DNA from: Camelus ferus
Lineage: Eukaryota
DNA length: 64,000 nt
Direction: 5' to 3'
Assembly: GCF_009834535.1 (NCBI RefSeq)
Contig: NC_045696.1
Span: 108,750,001-108,814,000, forward strand
Shown: in pieces, positions 38,031-52,100 of the stretch
Position numbering within the stretch: the first letter of the stretch is position 1
Layout: the number at the start of each line of letters is the position of its first letter
Program-made: the position numbers and the translations under genes
The notes under the pieces: generated by a model
Told to the model about the DNA's origin: nothing
The model's database searches: none
The model's input: the letters and a program-made list of their open reading frames with translations, nothing else

Positions 38031-38461
38031 TGTATTAGCTTCCTACGGCTGCTGTAACAAAGTACCACAATCCAGCTGGCTTCAAACAACAGAGATGTGT
38101 TGTCTCACAGATCTGGAGTCCAAAGTCAAGGTGACAGCAGGGCCAGGCTCCCTCTGGAACTCATAGGGGAGGAGCTTTCCTCGCCTCTGCTAGCTTTTGG
38201 GGTCTTGCTGGCAATCCCTGGCATTCCAACCTCTGCCTTCAAGGTCACGGGCACCCGCCCCCTTGTGTCTCTGTCTTCACATGCTGTATTACAAGGACAC
38301 CTGTCCTACTGGGCTAGGGCCCACCCTCCTTTAGTATGACTTCATCTTAATTAATTATATCCACAATGACCCTATTCCCAAGTCAGGTCATACTGTACGG
38401 CACTGGGGGTTAGGACCTCAACATATCTTTTTCCTGAGGGGACACAAGTGAACCCGTAACA
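38031..38461 (-). mobile_element. MaLR solo LTR (MLT1B/MLT1C-like)
   Basis: TGTATTAGCTTCCTACGGCTGCTGTAACAAAGTACCACAA...GGGCCCACCCT...GGTTAGGACCTCAACATATCTTTT...GGGACACAAGTGAACCCGTAACA, with TG...CA termini. Confidence 0.88.
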
Positions 38462-41400
38462 GAGGGTAGGACGCCAGGCAACATAGGTGTCGGGTTTCCT
38501 CCAACAAATAAATACTCAGGCGCTGTGCTGGGAGCTTAGGAAACACAGACACAGAGAAGGCCGGGTGCCTCCTTCAGAGATACCCACTCCAGCAGGCAAT
38601 GGGAGGCCTTCATTAGCTCCTGCAGATCCACCCACCATCCCTCTCCACCCTCCTCTGTCCCAGGAGCCTGGGGCAGGTGGGAGGGAGAGGCTGGGGGCGG
38701 GGTATGCCCCACGCCTCTGCTGGGCTGCAGCGGGCGGTGGCCCTCTCCCACTGCTGGTCCTGGTCGCAGGCCTCTCCACTTGTCCCTCAGGCCCAGGGTG
38801 GTAAAAGCTCCCCACTGCTGGGAGTCCTTACCTGTTTTGTCTTCCCTGTCACTTGTGTTTAACTCTGTGCACACCATGGCAAACAGTGCCCTCATTAATC
38901 TCCCCTCCAACACCTCTGTGAACTGTGTCGTCTGTGTCTCCAGGTCGCTGGTGCTACTCAGAGCTTAGGTCAACAGCTCATGGCCCTGTCCTGATCGCAC
39001 TGGACTCAGATCAGGCGGACCTGGTGTGAGTTCCAGCCCCATGCTATCCAGTTGTACAACCTGGAGCGCATCACTCAGACCCCTAAGGCTCATGCTCAGC
39101 CATCCATCAAATAAGGATAATAATGCCCACGTCACAAGGCATTTGTGCCGAGCCAATGAAATATTAGTCACCAAGCACTTACCACACAAGTGCTTGACAA
39201 GCAGAAGGCACCCCTCAAACAGCAGACACCAGCACGCCCCGTGTCTGGTCCTGGGGCAGGCAGTGGAGTTTCTCACGGGCCTGAGGTCCTTAGCTGCACC
39301 CTCTGAGATGGGCCAGCTACTGGGTCCCGACCCTAAGGCCCACTCTGAAGGGTGGGCTTTGGTTCCCTCCGGCCCGGCAGCGTGGGCTGACTGGGAAGCC
39401 ACACTAGCCCTCCAGCCACACTCTGATGTCTCTCAGGGCCTCCACCCCTGCCTGACCTCAAAAGGACACTTGCCGAGGGCCCCTTCACCCCACGTACACC
39501 GTGCACGGGGGATCTGGGACGGGGCCGCAGACTCAGCGCCAGTGCACTAAATGCCTCCCCTGCAGGCCGCCCCTGAAGACCAGCTGGATCCTTTGCAGCC
39601 CTATCCAGGCTTAAAGGGAAGGCTGACAAGGAGGAACCCAGAGAGCCAAGGGGCTGCCCTGCCTCAACACACACTCTGAAGCCCAGGGAGCAGTGCTGGC
39701 CTTTTCCTGGGCTCAGCGCTCCTCTCAGCGCAGAGCTCAAGAGGCCATGTGGAGGGGCTCGGGCCTCAGCTCTGCTCTAGATGAACAGGCCCCACCCCGA
39801 GCCCAGTGCTCCCACCTCGCCCTCCTCCACATGGGCTCCCTCCCCACGGTGCAGGGTGGGCTCTGCGGCCAGGGGGTAGCCGCTCATCCGCAGTCTCCAG
39901 CAGCCAAGCCAAGGGCTGCAGCCCTCTGCTGGGCTGGAAGCAGAGACTTTCTGGATTAACCAGATTAGTCCAGGTTGAGGGCTCTGGACTGGGATGGGGA
40001 GTGAGGGTGGGAGAGGGTAATGGACTCACACAGCACGCATGACCCACAGCCTGTCTGGCTGGTGAGGCAGAAGGGCACCAGCAGCCTTGGCTTCATAGCA
40101 CGTGGGACCCCTGGCTCACAGGCTTCATGGCCTCATTTTTCAAAAATATGGTTGAAGAATCACTGGTTTGAGAACAATGGTGCTGGGCAGTGGTTTTCTC
40201 TCCTACCTCATGTCTCACGTGGCACTAGAGAGTGCTCCCTCTTGGGAGGCCACCAGGGACTGAAGGCAAGAGTCTCTCCTTGCATCCAGAGCCCTTGGGA
40301 AGGAGTCAGCAAGCAGCTCAACCACACTTTGAGTTTCCCCAAGGGGCCAAGGTCAGGAACGGTGCTTCAGAACGAAGGCAAGGTGACCCAGTGCCTGTCC
40401 TGTTACCTCCCAGATGCTCCCCATCGCCCTGATGCACCAGGCCTGACGGGTTCACTGTCATAGTGAAAGGATTCAATCATGCGCTTGTCCACCTGGAAGT
40501 GGAGGCTCAGCACTGAGCCCTGCCCTCAGGAGACTGTTCTCAGGCAGGGCTGGTGCCCAGGACCCTCCGTGCACCCCTGCCCACCCTCCACACCCCTGCA
40601 CTCAGCTCCCCGCCTCCTTGTGGCTCCTTGATGGAGAAGGGGCCAGGGGCACAAAAACTGGTAGTTGCTCTCCAACAAAGGAGAAGCCCCGAGGGAGTGA
40701 GACTGAACACAGGAGCAAGGAAGAGGGGAGCCTGAAAGCCTTCCGTCTTAGGTATAAAATGCCAGTCAGTCTTCCTTCTGCCTAACTCCTTCTGCTGTCT
40801 TCTTTTCCTTTGATGTCAGTTCCTGTTCTCATTCTGGTATGTCTTCCCTCAACCTTCAAGATGGCCAGACACCCTTTCACATCCACGTGCACCCCTCCAA
40901 TGTCTGCAAATATGCCACAGCCAGAGAACCAAGAAGAAAAGTGGGTCTCACCAATCCTGGCTGGAGATCTCCAGTCCTCTGCAGCATCAAACATCAAACA
41001 TCAGAGGCCAGATCGTGATGGTAGATACAGGCAAGGCGGGCTTCCGAGGCTGCCGTCCAGCTCAGGCATGATGGCCGGCAGCCCCAGCCACGCCCAGGCC
41101 TCAGGCATCAGGAGGCCCTTTAACCAGACCTTCAACAGAGCTTCTGCCCAAGCCCTCACCTCCTCCCAGCTTCCTTTCCAACAGCAACACGGGCACCATC
41201 TGGCAACAAGGAGAAAAAAAGAGAACCACCCAGGAACGCAGTGGTTCAGGGACATCCTTTAAATCAACGCCCCAGCACGCGGATGGGGCAGGTCTGGCCA
41301 GAAGCCCAACACTTGGTGCTTCACCTATTTGCATTTTTGTGGGGAGAGTCAAAGACTCATTTAAATTGAAGAGCCTGGCATTTTCCAGGCTCCCAGCACC

Positions 41401-44400
41401 ATGAATTCAAAGGGAGATTAAGTCTGTTTGCCCTGGCCACCCTGACAGACCCGTGCGTTGGCGGCGATGGCGGCGATGGCACACAGGTAAGAATCACGGC
41501 CAGAAGTCCACTGCCTCCGCTCCTCACGGGTGCGAGGAGAGAGGGCCTCTCTCTTTCTGAGGGATGCAGGTACCCGGGGGGCATCAATCACTAGAGAAGA
41601 GTGGGGAGGAGAGGCCGCACGCCCATGCAAAATGACTCTGCGGCCTAATGAAGGCCGACGATGGATGGCGGCCCAGGCTCGTTAATCAGAAGGAACATGC
41701 TGCCATCCGCCTCTCTCTTGCAGCCCTCCTGCGCCCTCATCCCGGATTGATCTGTGGCACAGTAACTCTCAGATGTCACTGGCACTGGGCCATGCCCCTA
41801 GGGCCCCTGCATGTACTGGCAGCAGCCAGAGAGCCAGGGACCCCCAGAGGGAGGGCTGTGGCAGGGGCTTGGGAGATACGCCAGGTGTGGGGCAACCCAT
41901 CAAGGAAGGAAGGTGTGGGGGCTGGCAGGCAGGCCTGGCATTCTCCTGGATACATCCTGGACCAGACTGGGGCTGCTAAGTCCCGAGGGGCCACTGGAGC
42001 TGATGCGACCCCTCGGGGCTGCTCCACAGTGCACCTCCTGCCAGGCACACACCTCCTACCAGGTGCACCGACATCCTCTTTCAAGTGTCCTTGACCCTCC
42101 ACATGGCCACACCTGCCAAGGCTGCTCCTGCCCCATGACACTGCCCTCCTGGCATCCAGCCTTCAGGCCCAGCCCACCTCCACGCACAGGCCTCACCCTT
42201 CTCTCTCCGGAAAGCAAGGCTGGCTTGCTGCGGACTGTCAGACTCACCACCTGGGTCCCCCAGATAGAATCTGTCCTCATCACACCTGACTCTCCACCCC
42301 ACCAAGTCCCTCTGGCTCTCTAAGGCGCAGCCACAGTCCCTCTCGTCTCCTCTAGGAAGCCTGCCTGACCACCCCGCCATTGCTCTCCTCCTGCCCCTGA
42401 GAATACAGACCACCCTTGGCTGGCACCCCAGCTCTGTAGAGCCTGCATTCTGGGCTGCTCTCTGGCGGCTTCATGCCCAGTGTCTTATAGGCACTATGAG
42501 TGACATCACTCTCCTCCACGGGCCCTCTGTGCCTCGCATGTGGCCATGGATGGGGAATCAGCAGATGTACCCAGATCTGCTATGTGAATCAGGCCTGGGG
42601 TTCAAAGGCTGAAGGCTGCAAGGTGGAGGCCCAGTCACTCTTCCTCTAGGAGGCCACCCTGATGATTTAAGCCACCCAGTCTGTCCCATCCCTCACCTTG
42701 GTACAGAGTCAGCCTCAGTGTAGCCTCAATCACTCTCTGCCTTTCATCACTTCCCGTGCTCTTGTGGGACTGATTTTGAACTGCTTGTGATGGCCTGTCC
42801 ATCCTGGGCTCTGATCCTGCCTGACTCTACCAACACGACAACTGTCAGCTGTATGGTGGTGATGGCAGCAGTGGACCACCAAGAGCAGACCCCGTGGGAG
42901 GAGCCTGCAGGGAACAGCTCACTCCTGTCTGCGAGCTCATAGTTCACAGCCTCGTCCAGCTGAGCAGCTGTGGTGGACAGTAGGGTGATGTCTTCGGCCC
43001 CTCCAGTGCTGCCCCTGTAACTCCACGGGTGTCTCCTGCCCATGGGAATGGACCTTTTGCCATTCTTCCTCCTTGTCCGGGAAAGCCTGTCCTGGCCTGC
43101 CTGTCACTCACGCTCCTAAGACCGCTCTATCATCGCCAAGACATCTGGAGAGCGCCCTCGGAAGACTTCTATTTGTGTTTCCCAATCAATAGCATTGACT
43201 GCTCCCGGCATCCCGCGTTTCCTGAGACCCCACTTGTGTCCTCCCCGAGCCTTACGAACTCCTGCCGTGCAGGCCTTTGTGCAGAAATGTCTCCAGAGGG
43301 ACCTGAAGCTCCAAGTGCAGCCGCCCCGCCCCATTAGCCTTAGAGGGGTCCTGCTGGGTGTCCACAGCTGGGGCAAGCAGGCCTAGGGGCCGCAGAGTCC
43401 TGCTCCCCTCCCGCTCTGGCTGTGAGTGCCCGACCTGCCCTCTGCAGCAGAAAGGGAGGCAAGGGGAAGTCTGGCCTAATCTCGCAGGGCAGGAACTGTC
43501 CCCTCCCAGAGCTGTCAGGCTTTGGCCTCACAGCTTCAGGGACCGGATAAATGCCACTGTACAACCCAGAGGCACACCCAGCCCTGAGGGCAGCACTCTT
43601 GGTGACAGAGGGGACATGTTAGGGAATTGTCCCCACTTAACAAGCAGGTAAAGTGAGACGTGGAAAAGGAAGGCCATTTACATACACATCAGTTTGTCGG
43701 GGAAAACGTACCAGGAGACAGCTGACCTGGGAGCTAGGCCTGGCTCTGCCCTCAGCATGTGGTCCGAGCCTGGACCCTTTCCGCCCAGCCTTCTTTGGTG
43801 GAACAGCGATGGGATGGGACCGATCACTCTAGGACCGAGGCTCTTGTCTGAGAGGAAGCAGAAGGACCGCTTCAGGTCTCCCAACCATGGGCAGGCGGGC
43901 ACCTGGAAATCACCTCCTCCTCTTCAGGGATAGATGCTCTTGGGAGGGTCATTTGCGGACTTGGCCTTGTTTGCTCCCTGTGGGGGTGGGGCAAATGTTT
44001 CCTTGAGGAGCTACAGCCCCAAGGCTCTCCACTACGGTTTTCTGGCCAGAAAACCAGGCTTCCAGGACACCTGCATGTCTCCTTTTGAACTGAAAATAGT
44101 CTCAGTTCAGTGGTTCAGGATCTGGAGCACTGTTCTCACCCTCCAGCTTGGACCTGATGACCAGTCTCGACTCAATCTGCCCACTCACTTCGCGTTCCTC
44201 CTATCCAAAGGCCCCACCTCCATTTGGGCGCTGCTCTCAAGTCAGAACCTCTCAAGGAGTAAAAACCAAGGTCCTCCTCCCCAAGCTGCAGCCTCTGATC
44301 CAGCACCCTCACCAGCTGGTCATTCAATCTCTGCTTGCATACCACCCCAGATGAGACACTCACTACCTGTCCAGACTGGCCATTTTCTGGTCAGATTGTC

Positions 44401-46439
44401 CAAACCATCAGAATCCTGGCCCCTAGGATTTCCTTTCTTTGGCCCTGCTTTGCCTCTGAAAGGGTCCCCACAGAAAGAGCTGCTCCCCTTTCTCCACAGC
44501 TGCCCTTAGGATTATGAGGAGTAGGACCTCTGAGCTCTCTCTCCCCTAGTCCCACATTCCAGGTTCCATCTGCTCTCCTTCCAGCCCGCACTACCTCTGA
44601 TGGGGCAGCGCCTGCTGAGCGCACGTGCTGCCTGTGGTCTGAGCCTCACAGGAGAGGGAAGGGGGCTGTCACCGCCCGGGTGGGCACATCCTACTGCTCT
44701 CCTTAGGAGCCCCACCAGGCACACCAGGGCCTCCCTAGGAGGAACGAGGCTCCTCAGAGCTCCGAATCCATTGCCAGCTCCCCTTGCAAATCTCTTCCTC
44801 CTCCTGCCCCCACCCCCCCCCCCGCCTCCTTCTTCACCCCTCAGGCCTTCTCCCTCTGCCCCCACCTCCCCTCCACACTCTCTGTTCCCTCCTCCCTCTT
44901 TGAGCTGTTGTTGTGGTTTAATAGGGGGTTTCTGGGATGAATAGTGTTTTCAGCTCTGGCTGGGAATACATCCGGTGTTCCCAGCCCCGCCCCTGTCTTC
45001 ACAGTGCTGGTGGAGGGCTGTGGAGAGCTGGGCCCAGACAATGGGCCAGAGGATTCACTTGAGAATTCACAAAAGCCCCGCTTCCCTCCGTGCAGAGTGA
45101 CAAGCACAGAGAACAAACCCTTCCCTGCATGCTGCCCGCATGGGACACTACACTGTGGGGGCATGCGGGAGCCCTGAGCAGCAAGGCTGGAGCCCTGGGC
45201 CCTGGGAGAGCCCATGGGCAGGGTGGGAGCTAACAGAGCTGCAAAGTCCCGGAGGCCTGGCATGGTCCCCCCTAACCTCGCACAGTCACTGGGAATATTG
45301 GCACCTCCATTCCTGGCACACTGGGGCCTCTAGATGCGTATACAGAAGGCCTCGCATCCTTTGCCTAGGTTCTGAGAGACAAGAGCTTGCAAGAGGGGAG
45401 ATGAGCTATGCAGTTCACGGGCTTTCTAAGGGTGAGAAATGTGCCCTGGAGGACAGACACAGCCAGGCTCATACATGTTTGCTGCGAGGGTGGACGAACG
45501 GATCAGTGACCGAATAAGAGGGAGTGAGACCCTAGCGTGGTGACCAGGCTGCAGCATCTCATGGGAAGAAGCTTGTCTGGAGCACACTGGTCCCTCACTC
45601 TGTACTCGGAGACCCCGAACTTAAGGGCAGCGGCACGCTGGATACCTGCAGAGGGAGGTCAAGTTCCGGCACGCAGGAGGGGACAGCTCCTGGGAGGTAA
45701 GGATAGGCGTGGACAATTATTTCTGGCTTCCCAAGAAGACTCAACTGGTGAAATGTGAATCTGTTCTAAGACTTCTATTAATTTTTAAATTGAGTAATGC
45801 CACCAAGGGTACACTCTTTCTTATAAGATGTCTATTCTCTTCTCCTTATTTTGATTTACATCACCATTCCATCACCAGTACTACTAGCTGGCTTTCTTGG
45901 GAAGGAGAGGGGCCCCTTTTCCCCACTTTGTAAGAATGATTCTAATGGACGTAATACAATGATGATAAATGGCAAAGAGCAAAGCAACTGTGTCCCAAGA
46001 GGCAGGTCCCTTGGAGCTAGGATTCAAGTTCACATCTCAGCAAGATGACGTGGAACTTCACTCTACAAGAGTCAAAACTCAGTGTTAAATTTGGGAATGG
46101 CCAGAGACAATGAGCCGTGTTTTCTTTATGTCTCACTAAGCTCCTTGGGCCTGCCAACCCTTCCTTTAGAAAAATGATGCCAGGTTTTAATTACCAGCAG
46201 AGGAAAACACACACCTGCCTCCTTCAGAGGACCCCTCCCTGCCTAGCCAGCCATGCTGCAGTTCAGAAGGCGCTGGAGTGGAACTCACAAGACGTGGGTT
46301 TTAATCGATGCAATATGCCTGCTTCTCAAGGAAATACAGAGATCAAATAAAATGCTATTTGTAGAGTGTCTATTATTGTACCTAGCCCATAATAATCACA
46401 CATCGATATTATTTATTTTTATTTCTAAATAGTTGGTGA

Positions 46440-47040
46440 AAATAATTACACTTTTTATGAAGGATGTAGGTCTTGGTCTAGATTCGGTTTTTTTTGCATG
46501 CAGATGTCCAGGTGGTCAAGCACCCTTTGTTGAAGAGACTGTATTTGCTCCATTGAATTACCTTTGCTCCTCTGTCAAAGATTAGTTGACTATGTGGGTC
46601 TCCTTCAGGGCTCTCTGTTCTGTTCCACTGATCTATTTGTCTCCTCCTCTTGTCAATACCACTCTGTCTTGATTGCTGTAGCTGTATAGTAAGTCTCGAA
46701 CTTGGGTAGTCAATCCTCTAATTTTGCCCTTCTCCTTCAATTCTGTGTGGGTTATCCCAGGTCTTTTGCCTCTCCATATAAGTTTTAAAATCAGTTTGTC
46801 AATATTCACGAAATACTTGCTGGGAATTTGACTGGGGCTGCAATGAATCTATGATCACATTGGGAAGAACTGACATCATGGCAGTATTGAGTTTTCCTAT
46901 CCATGAACATGGGACATCTCTCCATTTATTTAGTTCTTCTCTGATTTCATTCATCAGAGTTTTAAAATTTCCCTTCTATAGATCTTACACATATTTTGTT
47001 AGCTTTATACCTAACTATTTCATTTTGGGGAGTGTCTAAC
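46440..47040 (-). mobile_element. Old L1 ORF2 fragment (L1M)
   Basis: Typical antisense L1 motifs: CACCCTTTGTTGAAGAGACT, CCATTGAATTACCTTTGCTCCT, TTCTGTTCCACTGATCTATTTGTC, CTATCCATGAACATGGGACATCTCTCCATTTATTTAG. Confidence 0.85.
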
Positions 47041-47390
47041 TATGCTTTTTACAAATAGTCCTTGTCTAGCCTTTGAGTCTATACATGCTTATTTCATTTT
47101 ATTTCATATTTCAGACATTACCACATTTCAGAAGACCATTACGAGATAAGCATTAGCTCTACACAAACTCTCCAAGCCCCAGCTTGAGACCTTACTACAC
47201 AAACTGGACATAACACCATCCATCAAACAGGTTTTGGCTTGACCCGTTAGGTGGTACATCATCTTGGCTGGGGAGAAACACAACTCTAAGTGAAGTCCTC
47301 CAGCCCAGCCCAGAAGCACCCCCTCCCAGGTGGCCTTAGTTTACCACTGGCTCTCAGGAGCTGGGCTGCTGGGATGTGCACTGCATAGCA

Positions 47391-47541
47391 CTGGCAGCTG
47401 GCAAACTTTCTGCTAAGGTCCAGATGGTAGCTATTTTAGGCTTTGTGGGCTATAAGATCTCTGTCGCAGCTATTCAACTCTGCCATTGCTATTGCAGCCT
47501 GAAAATAAGCTGCAGGCTAGGCTACTGCTTGCCCATCCCTA
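47391..47541. mobile_element. MER58A-like hAT-Charlie non-autonomous DNA transposon, internally shortened
   Basis: GGCAAACTTTCTGCTAAGGTCCAGATGGTAGCTATTTTAGGCTTTGTGGGC...TCTCTGTCGCAGCTATTCAACTCTGCC...TTGCCCATCCCT matches the recalled MER58A consensus, with a degenerate TIR. Confidence 0.8.
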
Positions 47542-48697
47542 TTCTAAGCAGGGATGGATGGGCCCTGGCGTGGATAAATGTGCTGACAAAATTTGTTCCG
47601 TGATACTTAATTTTTTTCTTGTAAATTCTGATCAACTAATTCATAATTTTAGCGTACAATAATAACATATCCTTCCAGCCATCAGCATACCTACAAACTT
47701 CCACAGAAGCCTGTGTGACCTTCAGGACACCAGACAGACACCAGCTGGGACCCTGGGAATATTTTGTGAATGGAAGCAAAATTAAACAAGGTTCATATTC
47801 ACGGGTAATGTTAGCAAAGTGCGCCTATGGAAGGTGATGGCCCAGTTCTGGCCTGTGATTATGTCCTCTTGCGCTAACTGCTTTCTACCTGCCTCGGGAG
47901 GGAATTGAGTTCTTCCTAGAGGATCTGAAGGTCAACAGGGGAAACATGGGGAGCAGAAGCCTCATTCACCGCTAACGAATCTGCAGAGGAATGTGGAGGA
48001 TTAGTGTGTTTATCAGCTGGGAGTCTGTGGGCTTGGCACATAATGGAAATATGTTACCACAGGAGGGCCCTGGGCTCTGGGAAAAGTCCCCTCTTTTCTG
48101 ATGGGACCACAATCAGAGGTAAGATGAAGGAAATGGGAGAAAAGGCAACACAGCAAAACTAGGCGGCTGGAGCAGAGAAGCAAGCCGATGGACGAAGGGG
48201 GCTTCAGAAGGGAAACCAACAAAAAGATGCTCGATCCAAGCAGGTCAAGGCCTGCCCAGGAATGACAGGGGGATGGTGGGGCACTGTCTGCCTCCCACAG
48301 CCTGGGGACAATGGGCACAGCAAGGCCCCTGTCATCACCCTGCCGAAACGTTAACTGAGAGTCAGCCCAGGTTCAGCCAGACCTCACAAGGAGGGGACGG
48401 CTGGCATCAGCAAAGTCACTCCTCAGCGCCTCCAGTGTAAAAGGCAGCTCCAGCCAGCACTGAGACCGGCGATTTCCCATGGTATCTCCAAGCCTCTCCC
48501 GCAGTGAAGGCGAAACTGGTAGGTCCAAAAGTCAGACAACAGCCAGCGAGATGGCAAGACCAAGGGTGAGCCTTCTCCAAGCCTGACTTGTATTACTGTG
48601 ACCGGCTAAGAATGTAGGCTGTAATGCAGGGATGGCTGCGGCTCCTGGGTGAACAAGCTGGGACCCCAACCACCCCAGTGAGGAGGAGCAAGACCAG

Positions 48698-49168
48698 TGG
48701 AGTGGGCTGAGCTGTGTCCCCCAAAAGACATCTCCAAGACTGATCCCACGGGACCTGTGAAGGTGACCGTCTTTGCAGATGCAATAAAGGATCTCAAGAT
48801 GAAGTCATCCTGGATTTAGGGTGGGGGGCTTAAATCCAATGACTGTATTCTTGTAAGAGAAAAGAGGGAGAGGTGTGACACACAGAGAGGCACAGAGGGG
48901 ACGGCCGTGTGGGAACAGACGCACAGACTGAATGAATGCAGCTGCCATTGAGGAGCGCCAAGCATTATCAGCGACCACCAGAAGCTAGTAGGGTCGTGGA
49001 ATGGCTTCTTCTCTCCCCCAGAACCTCCAGAAGGAAGCACCCTGTTGACACACTGGTTTCAGACTTCTGGTCTCCAGAAGGGTGAGAGAATAAATTTCTG
49101 TGGTTTTAGGCCCCTAGTTTTGGGGGGTTTTGTTTGTTTGTTTACAGTAGCCCTAGGAAGCTAATCCA
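48698..49168 (+). mobile_element. MaLR solo LTR (MLT1C-like) with perfect 5-bp TSD
   Basis: TGGAGTGGGCTGAG...GTCTTTGCAGATG...CCACCAGAAGCTAG...CAGACTTCTGGTCTCCAGAA...AGAATAAATTTCTGTGGTTTTAGGCC...GGAAGCTAATCCA. ACCAG lies at both 48693-48697 and 49169-49173. Confidence 0.92.
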
Positions 49169-52100
49169 ACCAGGAATGGCGTGTCCCATCCCCGCCATGA
49201 TCCCAGGGGCATGGTCTTTCTTGTCCACCCTACATCCTCAGCCCCAGGCATGTTATAAATACGCCTGGAAACTAGGACCACCTGCGGCCCTGTGCTGGCT
49301 GACAGGAGCCCCTGGGCCTGAGAGTGAGAGAAGGACTGAGTGGTCAGCTGGCCGAGATGCTGGCTTAAAGGCTTTGGACTGGTGCTATTTGGCTCAGGAG
49401 GTCCTGAGCTCAGGGGCGCTGGGGCAGTGGAGTAAGAAGTGTTAGCTGGAAGTGGTTGCTAGGTTCATAGAAAGCCGTGACCCTGGGGTTTGAGGCTGTC
49501 CTGAGAAAAGCCCCTCATCACCACAGTCTCCAAAAGAATCCTTGGAACCAACAGGTACAGACTGCCAGGGCTTGGGGGAGGGCAGGGGAGCCTGGGGTGG
49601 TCAGGGAGGGCTTCCTGCAGGAGGCAGACGAGGGGCACAGCTTGGAGTATGCAAAGGATTTGGGTGGGAAGAGAAATGAGAGGATGGACAGGTTGGAGCA
49701 GTGTTTCCCAAAGGGTAATTTGTGGAACTGGGGAAAGAGATTGCATGTTTCAAGGGAGAAACAGGTTGTGTGGTCAAATCAGTTCAGGAAGTTAGTTAAA
49801 CCAGCAGTTACTGCAAGACCCTGTGGAGTGAGGGTGAAGGGGTGAACTTAGAAGTGGGGCTCCAGGGACAATGACAATCCTCAGTAGCTGCCACTGAACA
49901 TGTGCTGTGGCCGCCGAGGAGAGGGACAGTGAGTGGACAGAGGAGAGTGGCCACGGCAGGGCCAGACTGGGGTTGGCCGGCAGGACCATCCTCACCATCT
50001 TCAGCCTTCCTCCCGCATCACTTAGGAGTTGGGTGTGAAGCCAGACGCGAGGGGGGCCCAGATCTGGGGGGGAGGCATCCCTGGTGAGGACCCCTCCCCC
50101 ATGAACACGAGCAGCCTCACCTTCTCCAGTGAGGAGGAAAACTTCCTAATTGAAAAAGGAGGCAAAAGGACAGGCACAGACTGTTTATCTTCACTTTACA
50201 TCCTTTACAATGAGCTTAACGACAATCTTCCACTTTGGTACAACTACAGTGCCCCTCAACAGCACCTCGATTGTGATTTGGTTCATTACCAGCTCAGTCC
50301 TGGGAATCCCTGCCCCAGTCCCCCAAACTGTGCTCATTTCAAGAGGGGGCAGCAGGAAGTGGAGAGGGTGGGAAGCAGCCCCGTGCCTGGGCTACCCCTG
50401 AGCGCAGCCCAACCCAGCTCACCCCACCCTCCCCTCCACAGGGCGACATCTGCTCTAAGAATCCCTGCTTCCTTGCATTCTGGGTCCCTGAAACTCTCTC
50501 CCTGCTCCCCACCCAGGCAGTGCCCCAGTCAGTACACAGCACAGCATCCCCCCTCACCCAGGCCACACTGACTGGCACTGTAAAGCCACCCGCCCCACGT
50601 TGCTCCCTTCCCTTTGCACCCACCTAGGCATCCTGACCCAGCAGGCTGTCTCTCCAGACGGGCTGAACTGATGGATAAAGCTTGTGTGCTTCCCAACGCA
50701 GAACCTTGCCCTCTTACCCTGATCATCAGTGGCTGGGCAGTCAGGAAAGCCCAGGAATGTTAGATGTCACGGAGGGCAACTGGAGGGCAGTGTGGAGGGT
50801 GAGGCAGGCACTAGCTGCCATGGGCACCATCAGTCTGGGAAGCCCACCAATGGCGCGAACTCTCAGAGATCAAAAATGCTGGCTTCCTAAACAGGCTCCC
50901 AGGCCCCTCCAAGGGGAGCACCTTCCATAGTTCCAAAGAGGAAGCTGGTCCCTCATGGCTTCTTAACTTCCATCTGCAACTTTCCAGCATATCTGCATAG
51001 GTACCCTCCCAAGGGCGGGGCCTTTCTGCAGTTAAGGGAGGACGAGGTGGACCCTTCTGATGAACCAGGCTCACCCGTCCCCAACCTAGTCACCTCCACC
51101 CACCTCCACGTGGCCTGAGGGACTGCCTGGTGACCAAACATCACAGCTGCTGACCCCCTACCCAGACCCAGCATTCGTTTCGCAGACCCCAGCTCCTGGG
51201 GAGCTCATCTGTGTCTCAAAATGCAGCCCTACAACTGGACATCAAGTATCTACCACCAGGCGCAAAGCCCCCTCCCCGCAAAGGCCGTGGTTAAAGCAGG
51301 GAGGTGGAAGGGCTGGGCATGGCTGATCACAATGAGCAACTTTTTGTCAAGAATAAATCTCTTTCAGATCAGCTTAAGCTTGAGCACACACTATATTTAG
51401 ATGTTTAAGGCAATTTTTGAAGTTTGTGTTTCCTAAATTACATCCAATGTCTACCCTGACTACCTCACAATGGTGACCAGTCCCCAAATTCACTTCCTGA
51501 CTCCACACTGGGGACCCACAGAGGCTGGCATCAGTTTGCACCTTCAAGTCTCTCTGCCATAGCCCCTCCGCCAGGAGGTATAGCTCCAACCACGAACTTC
51601 TCCCTGCAAGGAGAGTGCAAACAGACCCCTCCCTCTGCAAGTGTAAAGGCCCCACAACCAGGGACACTCTTCCTGACAGGCCCTGGGGGGTGTCTCACCC
51701 GTGATGCTCACCAGCTTCCTGAAGACCCAGCCCTCCCCACCCCCGCAATAGCCTCCTTTCACAAACTGTCTCAGAAAGATGAAAGGGACCGACCATGTCC
51801 CTTAAACAGAAGAGCATATTTTGAACAGAGAATTAACAGCAAATTACACTGGTTTCATTGTACTCATTCAGGCACAAAATGAGTGTGGGAGTTAAACTGA
51901 GAAAAACCAAACAGGCGACGCGCTATGAATACTCAGTGGGCAGAAGCCCTCCGCAGAAGGCAGTGATAATCAGGGGAGGCAAGCGCCAGGCAGGAGGGCT
52001 CCTGATTGGTCAGGAGGCCCGCGGTCCCTCTTCCCAGCTGGGATGCTTCCTCTCCAGGGCTGGGGCTGGGAGGTCGCTGCTGCTCCTTCCGGCTGCAGCC

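Noticed and set aside
49698..49795. Possible MER5/MER3-like DNA transposon fragment (CAGTGTTTCCCAAAG...)
   Set aside because: Only one terminal motif is recognisable, which is too little to call without an alignment.
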